A stretch of 64,000 nucleotides of DNA from Nitrosopumilus sp. (lineage in GTDB: Archaea > Thermoproteota > Nitrososphaeria > Nitrososphaerales > Nitrosopumilaceae): NCBI GenBank assembly GCA_965218695.1, contig OZ244651.1:2048001-2112000 (forward strand). Direction: 5' to 3'. Both the position numbers and the translations under genes were made by a program. The notes under the pieces were generated by a model. That model was not told where the DNA came from, ran no database searches, and saw nothing but the letters and a program-made list of their open reading frames with translations. This document shows positions 1 to 9,767 of the stretch, piece after piece (the first letter of the stretch is position 1; each line of letters begins with the position of its first letter).

Positions 1-93
1 CTATGTTAACCCTCCCCCGGACTTATCCAGTTTTTGCAACCAGTTTGTCACTTTGGGTATGTTTTTTGCCTTCTTAAGCATTACCTGCAAGCA

Positions 94-1306
94 GGGTGTG
101 TCCTAGTAATAAAAAATGCCATTTCATGTGCCAAGATGCCAAAGACATGATTGGTGCCAGAACCCGTCGACGCCAACAGTGCCGCACCATCGATCCTCCA
201 CAACCCATAAAATCCCCCAAATCCAAGACACGGTGCGGAGGCTCCGCTAGGAAGCGCGTGGTGAAACGCGCCAGCTATGCTGCAAGTGTCGCGATTTGAT
301 CCTGTGTGAGCCTGCCGTCTTTTGCCTGCAATCTGGCCACGAGCTCGATGTTGTAGCACATGACACGGATCGCAGTCTCCCTTGTCCGGTTCTCGTGTTT
401 TCGGCACCTGGTGCTGTCCCCGTACATCTTCTTGAGGGCGGCAAAGACTGCCTCGATGATGCTGCGCTGGTGGTATTCCGAGTCAAACCTGTCCCGTTCA
501 TCCATGTACAGGCTTACCATCTCGCGCCACGACTGGCTTCCCCTGGCGTTGCGTATGGTGTTGGATTTTGGCTTGATGCGGGGCACCATTCCCATCGCAG
601 ATATCATGTTGCACATGAGCCTTGCCAGGTATGCAGAATCCAGGCAAAAGTCGCCGGTGCCCCGGCCTAACCTGCCGAGCATCGCGTACAGCCCGTTTAT
701 GTCTGCCACTGCGCTGTCAGTCACCATGCAGTCGATTATCACCCTGGTGCGGATATCCACGATTGCGTGCAGTTTGACCCATCCCTTTCTGGTACGAAAA
801 CTGTCGGTCCTGACGTCAAACCACCTGACAAACCGCAGGTACGAGTATCCGGTACCGTCTGCTGCCAGGGAGCCTGCCTCCACCTCCCTGATGGCAATCC
901 GGTGTGCCTCTGCCAGGTACCATTCCGGGATCAGGCCGTAGGCGCGTGCTATCGTGCTCTTGGAGGGAATTTTCTCTAGGCCCATCTTGGCTGCCATGGC
1001 GCTATTGTTTCGGAGGATGCCGACCATCTTACGGTAGGTCGTGCGCTGTGCCTCAAGCATGATGCAGACAGCTGCCATGGCGCCAGGCGGGTATGCCGTC
1101 ATGCCGCCCAGGCCGGGCCTGACGGCGTACGGATCCCCAAGATTCTTGATTATTCCCAGCACGGTATTCAGCATGAGGCCCGACAGGTACTGCTGAACCA
1201 AATCGTACTGTCGTTGGTCGCGTTTCTTTGTAGTCATTAGGCGATGCCGTGATCCGCCGATCCATATCTTTTGTCATCCGGGGGTATATGCCTCTAGGAC
1301 ACACCC
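94..1306 (-). mobile_element. IS5-family (DDE_Tnp_1, IS903-like) insertion sequence, intact copy
   Basis: 13-bp TIR GGGTGTGTCCTAG at 94-106, reverse complement at 1294-1306; 9-bp target duplication CTGCAAGCA at 85-93 and 1307-1315. Confidence 0.93.
275..1237 (-). CDS. IS5-family transposase (320 aa)
   Basis: DDE motifs LAADGTG, WVKLHAIVD, FCLDSAY, YHQRSIIEAVF. Confidence 0.92.
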   Translation of the reverse strand: MTTKKRDQRQYDLVQQYLSGLMLNTVLGIIKNLGDPYAVRPGLGGMTAYPPGAMAAVCIMLEAQRTTYRKMVGILRNNSAMAAKMGLEKIPSKSTIARAYGLIPEWYLAEAHRIAIREVEAGSLAADGTGYSYLRFVRWFDVRTDSFRTRKGWVKLHAIVDIRTRVIIDCMVTDSAVADINGLYAMLGRLGRGTGDFCLDSAYLARLMCNMISAMGMVPRIKPKSNTIRNARGSQSWREMVSLYMDERDRFDSEYHQRSIIEAVFAALKKMYGDSTRCRKHENRTRETAIRVMCYNIELVARLQAKDGRLTQDQIATLAA

Positions 1307-1377
1307 CTGCAAGCAGAATCCTGCCCGACCGGCAGAAAATACGGCTTTTTGCCCCGCGGTGTGACACGCATAATCCC

Positions 1378-1409
1378 TTCCGGGGGGTCTGGGGGGCTGG
1401 CCCCCCAGC
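1378..1409. other. GC-rich hairpin adjacent to the IS110 insertion point
   Basis: CTGGGGGGC-TG-GCCCCCCAG inverted repeat preceded by a G-run. Confidence 0.6.
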
Positions 1410-1501
1410 ATTCATGTAGAAACATCCCATAGTTCCCATAATTTGTGCACAGCATCCGCTAGACTCGGCATTGCCTACTGGCACCACCACCGGTTCCACA
1501 C

Positions 1502-2620
1502 CTACTCGTCCTTCATGACTTGTCTGATCTTGGAGCGATACAGCTTTTCGTTTCTGTCCTCGTACAGGGTGTCTTCTGTCAGCATGTGCCAGATGATAGT
1601 CAGCATCTTGTTTGCCACGTGCGTTATGGCGACGTGGTGCTTGTGCCTCTTCATGATGCGCGTGTAGTATTCCTTCACCCTTGCGTCATGGAGCACTGCA
1701 GCAAGCGCGCACTGGACCATGATCCAGTTGACCTTCCTGTTTGAGTCCTTTTTCATCCTGCCGTGGTATGACGTGTCGCCTGACTGGTGAAGCGTCGGGC
1801 ACATGCCGGCCCAGGACACGAACTTTTTTGGGTTCCCAAACCGTTTGATGTCGTCGATCTCTGCTGCCAGCAACGCTGCAGAAAATACGTTCATCCCAGT
1901 CATGCTCAGCAGCAGCTTCGGGTAGTGGGTGTCGCGGACGTATCCCTTGATCTCGACTTCGGTCTTTTTTATCTCGTCGTTGCAGTGCCGTATCTGCGAT
2001 ATGCAGCCGTCCAGCACGAACCTGTCCCGAGAATTCTTCATGTCTGCCTCTTCAAGATACTTTAGGGCCTTTCCCCTCCAGATGTGGCGTCCTCCATCCT
2101 TTGGATTTATGTCGCATTTGTCTGTCAGCGTGTGCACAAAGTTGATCACTTTTGTCCGGTCCTGCACCAGGGTTATCTGGTACCTGAGGATCTGCTTCAT
2201 TCCCCTGGATTCGGCCGAGCCTATGTGGCAGCTCGAAATCAAGTCGGCTCGCAGCAGGTGGGCAAGCATCCTTGCGTCTATGGTGTCGTTTTTTATGCTG
2301 GCCGACGAGATTGCCTTGATCTTGAACGGATTGGCAAGCATCAGCGGGATTCCGGCAGATTCAAATGCATCAGCAGTCTTTATCCAGTGGTTTCCTGTGG
2401 ATTCGCAGACTGCCCTGCACTGACCGTATGTGGCCTTTGCGTATGCGGCAAACTCTGATGAATCCCGGGACGTGTTGCTGTACGATGACTCTTCCAGGAT
2501 TGTCCCTTCATGGCTCATCACGCACGTCACGCATTTTCTCTTTCCTATGTCGATTCCAATACTCTTTTCTATTTCTTTCACCTCCTTTTTTTTGTGTGGC
2601 AGGCCGGAAGCTGCATCCAT
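1502..2620 (-). CDS. IS110-family DEDD recombinase/transposase (true start may be GTG at 2581)
   Basis: IGIDIGK, VCESTG, KNDTIDA (DEDD) and SWAGMCP..HQSG (catalytic Ser loop). Confidence 0.95.
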   Translation of the reverse strand: MDAASGLPHKKKEVKEIEKSIGIDIGKRKCVTCVMSHEGTILEESSYSNTSRDSSEFAAYAKATYGQCRAVCESTGNHWIKTADAFESAGIPLMLANPFKIKAISSASIKNDTIDARMLAHLLRADLISSCHIGSAESRGMKQILRYQITLVQDRTKVINFVHTLTDKCDINPKDGGRHIWRGKALKYLEEADMKNSRDRFVLDGCISQIRHCNDEIKKTEVEIKGYVRDTHYPKLLLSMTGMNVFSAALLAAEIDDIKRFGNPKKFVSWAGMCPTLHQSGDTSYHGRMKKDSNRKVNWIMVQCALAAVLHDARVKEYYTRIMKRHKHHVAITHVANKMLTIIWHMLTEDTLYEDRNEKLYRSKIRQVMKDE

Positions 2621-2745
2621 CTATCAGGGCTCGAAGCCCAGTAACACAGCAGCTCGGATCGCCCCATTCAACAACTAGGTCTTTGTGACCAGGTGAATTT
2701 AGGGGTCAGCCCGCCACAGGTAGTGGGTGGGTGGGGTTATCATGT
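2590..2745 (-). ncRNA. Candidate IS110 bridge/seekRNA in 5' non-coding end
   Basis: Contains GTTGTTGAAT (minus 2675-2666), identical to the junction (minus 2755-2746); GGGCT-TCG-AGCCC hairpin at 2627-2639. Confidence 0.55.
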
Positions 2746-2750
2746 ATTCA

Positions 2751-3277
2751 ACAACACCAACGTGTACGCCAACAAAAACGGGGTGATAATCGGCATATCC
2801 AAGAGCACCGTCGGGTCAGTCGGCGACATCACGCTTCTCAAGGAACGCCCCATGCCGTTTGGAAGATGGGAGGAGGCGATGCACGACCCGGATCTGCCCG
2901 AGGCAGAACGGTGCCACGTCTTTGTCGACCGCGGCTACCGGGGGATCGAAAAACACCTGCCCGGCACGACCCCGGAGATCCCGCACAAGAAGAGCAAGAA
3001 GGCGCCCCTGACGCCGGAGCAAAGGGAGCACAACCACAGGATCCACTCCGAGCGCGTGCTAGTCGAGCACACCATAGGCAGGCTCAAGCGCTACGCGCGT
3101 CTTTCCGACCCGTACGACGGAACCGCGGCGCAGTTCAACCGGGAGTTCAACGTGATCACAGGGCTGGTGAACCTGGACCTTTTGTGGGACTACGTGCAAA
3201 AGGGCCCGCCGCCACCGGGCCGGTGGAGGATGCAGGTAGACTGGGACAAAGCCTGCTCCCGGGAGCCTGCCAAGTAG
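2751..3277 (+). pseudogene. C-terminal fragment of IS5-family DDE_Tnp_4 transposase
   Basis: FVDRGYRG, PHKKSKKAPLT..HNHRIHSERVLVEHTIGRLKRY; N-terminal half absent; similar to protein at 12178-13134. Confidence 0.85.
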
Positions 3278-3746
3278 GATTTTCAGGGCACATCAAGGTG
3301 CTGCAGGACTGCGCACGTCATCTCGGATTTTGTAATAAATTAATTTGCCACGCACTTGGCATGATGAACATTTAACCATGTTTTTCTGATTTTATGGCCC
3401 AAACCGGCAAATGGGGGGGGATTACTCATGAGTTCTAATGGGGGAATGCTTGTCTGCATGGGAATGCTGTTGCTCACCGGTTCGCTTACCATGTTTTCAG
3501 ATTTCTTTAATGACGTCCTCAACCCAGATCCTTCCTTGTCATTCCAAAATTAACAAACAACACCTGTAGAATCTAGAACGCATTCTATGCCATTTGATGC
3601 TGTTGTCTCTCCTACATACCTCTTGGCAAAATATCTCGGTCTTGCACAGGGTGGATCCGCATAGCACCGACTGTTATGCGTGTCCTGCCTGCGGACTAAA
3701 ATCCGGCTAGCAACATTAATTTACGCACCGAGGATCTCTAGAAGAA

Positions 3747-4544
3747 ATGTCTGCCGAAACGCATGAGCTTCCGGAACAAGGCGAGATAGTGCTTGCCACC
3801 GTTACCCGGGTGATGGATCACGGTGCATACGTGACGCTTGACGAATATGACAACATTCAGGGATTCCTGCACATCTCGGAGATCGCACCAGGATGGATCA
3901 GAGCCATAAACAGGTTTGTCCGTGACGGAGACAAAAAGGTACTGCTTGTAAAGAAGGTCAATCCAAAACGGGGCGACATTGACCTGTCCCTAAAGCAGGT
4001 ATCAAACGACCAGAGAAAGCAGAAGCTCAAGGAGGTCAAGAAGTTTGAGAAGGGAAGGACGTTGCTCCAGAATGTGCAGGAGAAGGCGGATCTGACAGAC
4101 GCCCAGATTGAAAGTCTGGAGGACAAGATATACTCAAAGTTTGACTCTGTGTATGATGCCTTTGTAAGGATTGGAAGGAATGGGATAGGGGCAGTCAGCG
4201 ATCTGGACATTACCGAGAGAACCGCAGGCGCCATAGAGGAGATCGCATCCAAGATGAAGCTGCCCTCAGTCGAGATCAGAGGCATCATGGAGATTACCAG
4301 CGAGAGACCCGATGGAGTGGAGATTATAAAAAAGACACTGCTGAATGTGCTGGGACGGGATCCTACCATTCGCATTACCTATCTGGGAGCCCCCAAGTAC
4401 CGACTCTCGATAGTCTCAGAGGACTTCAAATCCGCTGAAAAGTCCTTAAAGCCGATAATAAGCAAGATCCAGACCGGGATAACCAAAAAGAAGGGCCTGT
4501 TTAAGTTTACCCGGGAAGAGTCAAAAAAGACGAGGGAGAATTAG
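3747..4544 (+). CDS. eif2a: Translation initiation factor 2 alpha subunit
   Basis: S1 domain LPEQGEIVLATV..GFLHISEIAPGW; YLGAPKYRL. Confidence 0.97.
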   Translation: MSAETHELPEQGEIVLATVTRVMDHGAYVTLDEYDNIQGFLHISEIAPGWIRAINRFVRDGDKKVLLVKKVNPKRGDIDLSLKQVSNDQRKQKLKEVKKFEKGRTLLQNVQEKADLTDAQIESLEDKIYSKFDSVYDAFVRIGRNGIGAVSDLDITERTAGAIEEIASKMKLPSVEIRGIMEITSERPDGVEIIKKTLLNVLGRDPTIRITYLGAPKYRLSIVSEDFKSAEKSLKPIISKIQTGITKKKGLFKFTREESKKTREN

Positions 4545-4700
4545 ATGCGGTTCCAGATGAGGCGATGTTCTGCATGCAACCGGTACACACTGAAGACAAG
4601 ATGCCAGGCATGTGACTCTGAGACCGTCTCCGTGCATCCTGCCAGGTTCTCGCCTGATGACAAATACATGAGATACAGGCTGCCTGAAAGATACGACTAG
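4545..4700 (+). CDS. nop10: H/ACA RNP protein Nop10 (51 aa; not in ORF track)
   Basis: Manual translation MRFQMRRCSACNRYTLKTRCQAC..HPARFSPDDKY; conserved position after aIF2alpha. Confidence 0.95.
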   Translation: MRFQMRRCSACNRYTLKTRCQACDSETVSVHPARFSPDDKYMRYRLPERYD

Positions 4701-6832
4701 GGACTCTGCCCGTACTCGTCATTGACCTCGTATACAAATACCCCAATTACCGCAGTACCCCGTTTGTCTACAAAACTCTGGGAGGCATAGGCCAGTCTGA
4801 GCGGGCCGTCCCCATCGGCAGGATACTTTATGTTCTCGGCATAAATTGGAATCAATCCATTTACAAACACCGGTGACTGTTGCACAGGATTGTTTGGGTT
4901 GACGTACACTACAGGAGTAAACGGAAACATATTTCCAAGGATAGTCTCATTCCAGAAGTAATCCGTGCCGCTTACGCCGTCTGCATGTAGGTACTTGGCG
5001 ATGTCCTGGCCTGCTATTCGTATAAACCAGTGCCTCTTTGAATCATCACCCCCGTAATTCAAGGTGTACAGCGGCTCTCCGGCGTCCGATGGCAGTCTCT
5101 GCGCTGCCACAAAGACAAGTACATAATCTGCCTCCATCTCCTGCAGGGCGTTCCATGCCTGGTCAGGCGTACTCAGAAACATCTCGGCGATGTTTTCAAT
5201 CACGACGGTGCTTACGGTAAAGTTGTCAGCTATGCTTGCCCTCTCCCCCACTGTAGATATCCAGTATCCGTAGTCCCACCATGATGCAATCACGGCATCC
5301 TCCGGCGTATTGGTTCTTATCCATTCCAGCGCGCCCAGCCAGTCATTGGTGGCAACTGGAAAGTATGACGCACCATTGAGGATTGGGGGCGGCTGACTCG
5401 TGACTGCAAACACCTGTGACTCCTCCCCAGCATACACCATGGGAACGATCAGAAGGATTATGATTCCTGCCACATACGGCAGCCTTATGCGGTTCCCTAT
5501 GGGACTCTCCGTGTTCGATCTCTTCCTGAAGAACTCCCTTGTCAGGACGGACAGCCCGATGGCGGCCAGGGCGATCACTCCCACACCTGCAAAGACCTCT
5601 AGTCTGACAAAGGCGGAGCTGATGTATACTCCTGCCATCCCAAGTATCAGTACGAATGCCAGCATGTCGTGTCTGATCGGCGCCGGATTTTCCGAACCGA
5701 TATTCTTGAGTATGAGCCAGACCCCGATGCCGGCAAATATCATGAGAACCGAATGAAACACGAACGACTGGGTTATTGTGGTGGTTGCATGTTCTGAGAT
5801 CGAATCCACCAAGGCGTTTGTCGTGGTCATGAACGGGTTGACGGCGTTGAGATACCTGAAGCTCGGGTTCGGTATAATCTCTGCCTCTGCATTCACTGCC
5901 AGCATACCTGTCCCGACTATGACAAAGGCGGCCAGCAACAGCAGGCCGTTTCTGGTCTTGTGCCTGCCGCTTCTGGACTGGAGCATGACGCAGGAGACCA
6001 GGAATATAGTCGGAACAATCAGCGCGATTCCCTCCATGGAGACAGGAGACAGTCCCCGTGCGAACCCGACTGAGGCCAGAAACGAGACGGCAGTATATAC
6101 CGGGATGGCCCATACAAGAAACCTGTGATTGTCGCGCACAAACGGCAGCACTAGGATAAAGACCCCCACAGGTATTATGAAGAACTGGTTTCCGCCCCAT
6201 GCTGACATGGCAAACGCCGTGAATATGCCGCCCCCTACGATTCTGGCTATGCCTGACATCCTGTTTCCTGCGCCTATTCCGCTTAGGAGGAGATAGATTC
6301 CCAGGATTCCATAGAACAGTCCCAGGGGTTCAGACTTGAACCATCCTAGGGGGCCCCTGACGATTATGGGTAGTGACACAGAGTAGAGTATGGCAGCAAA
6401 GAGCCCTGCAGTCGTTCCGCCCATGACCCTGATCAGGGCAAACAAAACCACCGCAGTCAGCGAGCCGATGACTGCAGGAAAGACTATCGTAAAGTCGTAA
6501 AGACTAGATCCTCCGCCAAACACTTGGTAAGTTGCAGCCGCCGTCAGATGGAGCATAACCTGGGATGTGTCCGATATGTCCCTGCCCGTGGGATGCCAGC
6601 TCAGGTCATCGTGCCACTCATAGTACTGGACAATTCCATTCTCCACCATGTACTGCGTGGCCCGGTAGTTGTAGAATGGATCAAACTCGTTGAGCTCAAA
6701 ACCAAACTCTGCAGGCTGGGAACGAATAAGCATTGATATGGTAAATGACAGGGCAAGGACGCCGATTATCAGAAGATGACTGTACCTTAGATTAAAAGAG
6801 CCGACGGATATGAGAGAAGGATCTGCTTTCAA
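4697..6832 (-). CDS. aglB: Oligosaccharyltransferase AglB/STT3
   Basis: EFDPFYNYR, many TM helices, SISEH, WWDYG motif. Confidence 0.95.
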   Translation of the reverse strand: MKADPSLISVGSFNLRYSHLLIIGVLALSFTISMLIRSQPAEFGFELNEFDPFYNYRATQYMVENGIVQYYEWHDDLSWHPTGRDISDTSQVMLHLTAAATYQVFGGGSSLYDFTIVFPAVIGSLTAVVLFALIRVMGGTTAGLFAAILYSVSLPIIVRGPLGWFKSEPLGLFYGILGIYLLLSGIGAGNRMSGIARIVGGGIFTAFAMSAWGGNQFFIIPVGVFILVLPFVRDNHRFLVWAIPVYTAVSFLASVGFARGLSPVSMEGIALIVPTIFLVSCVMLQSRSGRHKTRNGLLLLAAFVIVGTGMLAVNAEAEIIPNPSFRYLNAVNPFMTTTNALVDSISEHATTTITQSFVFHSVLMIFAGIGVWLILKNIGSENPAPIRHDMLAFVLILGMAGVYISSAFVRLEVFAGVGVIALAAIGLSVLTREFFRKRSNTESPIGNRIRLPYVAGIIILLIVPMVYAGEESQVFAVTSQPPPILNGASYFPVATNDWLGALEWIRTNTPEDAVIASWWDYGYWISTVGERASIADNFTVSTVVIENIAEMFLSTPDQAWNALQEMEADYVLVFVAAQRLPSDAGEPLYTLNYGGDDSKRHWFIRIAGQDIAKYLHADGVSGTDYFWNETILGNMFPFTPVVYVNPNNPVQQSPVFVNGLIPIYAENIKYPADGDGPLRLAYASQSFVDKRGTAVIGVFVYEVNDEYGQSP

Positions 6833-6869
6833 TTACACTCTTTTTTGCCCTTTGCATATTACTCTTTAT

Positions 6870-7328
6870 CTATCCTGGTGAGTATCTTCCTTTCAGCTTA
6901 GCCTCTGCAATAATGTGACCGTGCATTGCATCCTCGATCTTGGCCTTGGTGGAGTCTTTCCCGCACTCCAGCATGGAATCCAACGCATACAGTTTGAAGA
7001 CATATGTGTGCTCCCTGTCTGGAGGGGCCGGACCGCCATACCCCGTGTTGCCAAAGTCCGTCATGCCCTGAAGGCACCCGGACGGGACAGAGTCCTCCCC
7101 AATTCTGGTGGTGGCAGGATCAATATTCCACACAACCCAGTGCACCCAGACCTTTCCAACTGCACCCATGGCATCCGGGTCGTCCATTATCAGCGCAAGT
7201 GATGCCGTTCCTGCTGGGATCTGACTTATCTCCAGCGGAGGGCTGTGGTTTCCATTCTTGTACCCGTATCTTCTTGGAATGACGCTGCCGTTCTCAAAGG
7301 CAGCACTTCTCAAGGCAAGGTTTCCCAT
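6870..7328 (-). CDS. YbhB/YbcL Raf kinase inhibitor-like (PEBP) protein
   Basis: MDDPDA, WVHWVVWNI, GYGGPAPP..HTYVFKLYALD. Confidence 0.93.
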   Translation of the reverse strand: MGNLALRSAAFENGSVIPRRYGYKNGNHSPPLEISQIPAGTASLALIMDDPDAMGAVGKVWVHWVVWNIDPATTRIGEDSVPSGCLQGMTDFGNTGYGGPAPPDREHTYVFKLYALDSMLECGKDSTKAKIEDAMHGHIIAEAKLKGRYSPG

Positions 7329-7362
7329 GAATGGATTTGTGAATACCCAAAGTTAAATTTTT

Positions 7363-7731
7363 CTAAGATTCTAGGATTATTATATTCCTTGAGAGAGACA
7401 TTACCGTGCCTCCGCGCTCCTTTATCCCTCTCTTCAGACCCGCGTCCATCGTGGCAACAACTCCTCCATGCCCTGAGACATGCCTTAGAATCTCCCTGTC
7501 GGCAAACGTGCCCGTGATGGGGATCGTCTTGAGATTCTTGGCATACTCTAGAGTGTCCAGAGCGTCCCTGCTCTTTGATGGATCTTCTGCCAGCCTGGAC
7601 AGCTCAGTCTTTACCACATGGGGGACGACAAACTCTATATCCCCTATCTCCACATCAAGCCTGTCGATGTTCTTGATGCGCCGGGTCGCAAGATGAATCA
7701 AAAAGCTTGTATCACAGATGACCTCAACCAA
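7363..7731 (-). CDS. PIN-domain protein (Fcf1/Utp24-like)
   Basis: VICDTSFL, VVKTEL, VATMDAGL; conserved position after aIF2gamma. Confidence 0.88.
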   Translation of the reverse strand: MVEVICDTSFLIHLATRRIKNIDRLDVEIGDIEFVVPHVVKTELSRLAEDPSKSRDALDTLEYAKNLKTIPITGTFADREILRHVSGHGGVVATMDAGLKRGIKERGGTVMSLSRNIIILES

Positions 7732-8986
7732 CTATTCCTGCACCAATCAGTCTCCATCTCTCGGCAATCCTTCTGCTGATTGCCACATACCCGCCCTCAA
7801 AGATGCAGGCAGGCCTTCCCAGTTCGACCTCAATGCTGTCTGAAACCATCTTGGAGACCTTGCCTAGCACTGGGGCGGTTCCTATGTTCAACCGGAGCAT
7901 CTCGCCAGACTGTATGGGCTGCACCTTGACATCCTGCGTGGTTCCCACGGCTGAGTCAAACAGGTTTACATTAATCTTTAGAGTTGTGGAGTTCTCCGGA
8001 AGAGTGTCAGGCCTCCCAATGACTGAGCCGATAAAGGAGTCGCTTCTGGTCATGGACGGATCCAGTTTTGTCCCTATGGCGACTAGGCCGCCTGGTTTTA
8101 CCGAATCGACTATTCCTGCTGCAGTTCCAAGCGATGTAATCTCAGTTGTCAGCGGCCGGTATGATTTTTTCTTCTCACTCATGATGCCGGGTTTTATCTC
8201 GATCTCGTCGCCCACGTTAAAGACTCCCTGGGTTAGGCTTCCGCCTACAACCCCGCCCTTGATGTTCTTGAGTTTGGTACTGGGTCTGTTGACATCAAAC
8301 GAGCGCAACACATGCATGACTGCATCCTTCTTCTCGTCCCTTGCAGGCGTCTTTACGGTGGACTCTATGCAACCAATCAGCGCATCAATGTTCAGTCCCG
8401 ACTGAGCCGAGATTGGAACCACAGGTGCCCCTGCCGCATGTGTCCCCTCCACAAACTTTGAGATGTCGCGATAATTGTCCAGCACCTCCTGGTATGAGAG
8501 CAGGTCCACCTTGTTTTGCACCATTACAATCTGCCGTATGTTGAGAGTCTGAAGTGCCAAAAGATGCTCCTTTGTCTGCGGCTTTGGAACCTTCTCGTTT
8601 GCGGCAACCAGTAGCAGTGCACCGTCCATCAATGCAGAGCCGGACAGCATGTTTGCCATCAGGCTCTCGTGTCCGGGACTATCTACAAAACTCACCACCC
8701 TGGATAGCTGGCTCTCCCCTCCGCAGTTGTTGCACTTTGGGACAGTCGAGTATCCCAGGGGTTCCTCACAGCTGCTGCACTTGTAGAATGCCGCATCAGA
8801 ATAACCCACACGGATGGTGATTCCGCGCTTGAGTTCCTGGCTGTGGACGCTGGTCCAGGAACCTGTCAGTGCCTGGATGAGAGTCGTCTTTCCATGATCC
8901 ACATGGCCTGCGGTTCCGATGTTCACGCATGGCTGATACCCATACTTTTCAACGTACCATTCCGGCAGCGTCTCTCTCCAGTGCAT
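7724..8986 (-). CDS. eif2g: Translation initiation factor 2 gamma subunit
   Basis: GHVDHGKT, RGITI, DSPGH, NKVD, zinc knuckle. Confidence 0.97.
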   Translation of the reverse strand: MHWRETLPEWYVEKYGYQPCVNIGTAGHVDHGKTTLIQALTGSWTSVHSQELKRGITIRVGYSDAAFYKCSSCEEPLGYSTVPKCNNCGGESQLSRVVSFVDSPGHESLMANMLSGSALMDGALLLVAANEKVPKPQTKEHLLALQTLNIRQIVMVQNKVDLLSYQEVLDNYRDISKFVEGTHAAGAPVVPISAQSGLNIDALIGCIESTVKTPARDEKKDAVMHVLRSFDVNRPSTKLKNIKGGVVGGSLTQGVFNVGDEIEIKPGIMSEKKKSYRPLTTEITSLGTAAGIVDSVKPGGLVAIGTKLDPSMTRSDSFIGSVIGRPDTLPENSTTLKINVNLFDSAVGTTQDVKVQPIQSGEMLRLNIGTAPVLGKVSKMVSDSIEVELGRPACIFEGGYVAISRRIAERWRLIGAGIVG

Positions 8987-9040
8987 AAAGCAAAGTCTTC
9001 AGCCGGTATATGTTAAGCTATTCCTTTCAGGGTAAGTGGT

Positions 9041-9092
9041 TGGGTTTATGCCTGATTCCACAATATTGCAGACGTCAAACCTAAACAGTTGC
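9041..9092. repeat. Dispersed 52-bp intergenic repeat, copy 1
   Basis: 44/52 identical to 17328-17379. Confidence 0.85.
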
Positions 9093-9096
9093 TCTT

Positions 9097-9471
9097 TCAG
9101 GCGGTTCCTGCATCGGGGGCCTCTGCCGGAAGTTCTCCGTCGAGCCTGCAGTTAATCTGATAAATCTCCTCTGATATGGTGTTTCCACGCATCAGTTTTC
9201 TTACCCTCTGGCCCGACTCTGCATCCTGAAGGCCGACTCCCTTGGAGAGCAGGACATGCTTTCTTGCCGCGCCGTGAATGTCGCTCCGCATCGGAACGCC
9301 TGACTTGTCAGAACCGCCCGTAATCCTCAACCTGCCAGGAAACCCCACAACCGATGCATCCGTCTCGTCTCCCACCTGCAGACCAAGCAGGGGACTAGCA
9401 TCACTGTCCTTGAGCTCCTTTGAGACTGCCTTTCCTTTAGTATCTGATATCGTTATCTTGAAGTTTACCAA
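9097..9471 (-). CDS. rps6e: 30S ribosomal protein S6e
   Basis: ITGGSDKSGVPMR, RKLMRGNTI. Confidence 0.96.
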   Translation of the reverse strand: MVNFKITISDTKGKAVSKELKDSDASPLLGLQVGDETDASVVGFPGRLRITGGSDKSGVPMRSDIHGAARKHVLLSKGVGLQDAESGQRVRKLMRGNTISEEIYQINCRLDGELPAEAPDAGTA

Positions 9472-9767
9472 GCATTCCCAAAAAAAATCGCACGACTAAT
9501 TAATCTTTGGAACATTGGGTTCTCCTGCATCATCGGTTGGTGGCACAAATTCAGGATCTTCTCCAGATTTACTTGCCTGTTTTACGCACCGTTATGCCAT
9601 TCCCCATTAAATCATAATTCCTCTAGGGAGAATCTGCCAGTTGTGATGGATAATCCCAGTCATTGCCATGACATGCATTGATGGGACATCCATCACGCCA
9701 AGGCCAGTCTGGGCTACGTGTGTCGCTGCCGTTGCTACAGCTGCCGTTGCTACTGCTGCTGCTGCGA

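Larger units (their letters stand above)
1410..2750 (-). mobile_element. IS110-family element (boundaries inferred)
   Basis: IS110 recombinase ORF; ATTCA repeated at both inferred junctions (1410-1414, 2746-2750); no TIRs, as expected for IS110. Confidence 0.75.

Noticed and set aside
7363-7731. PIN protein as VapC toxin
   Set aside because: Conserved rps6e-aIF2gamma-PIN operon member with no antitoxin.
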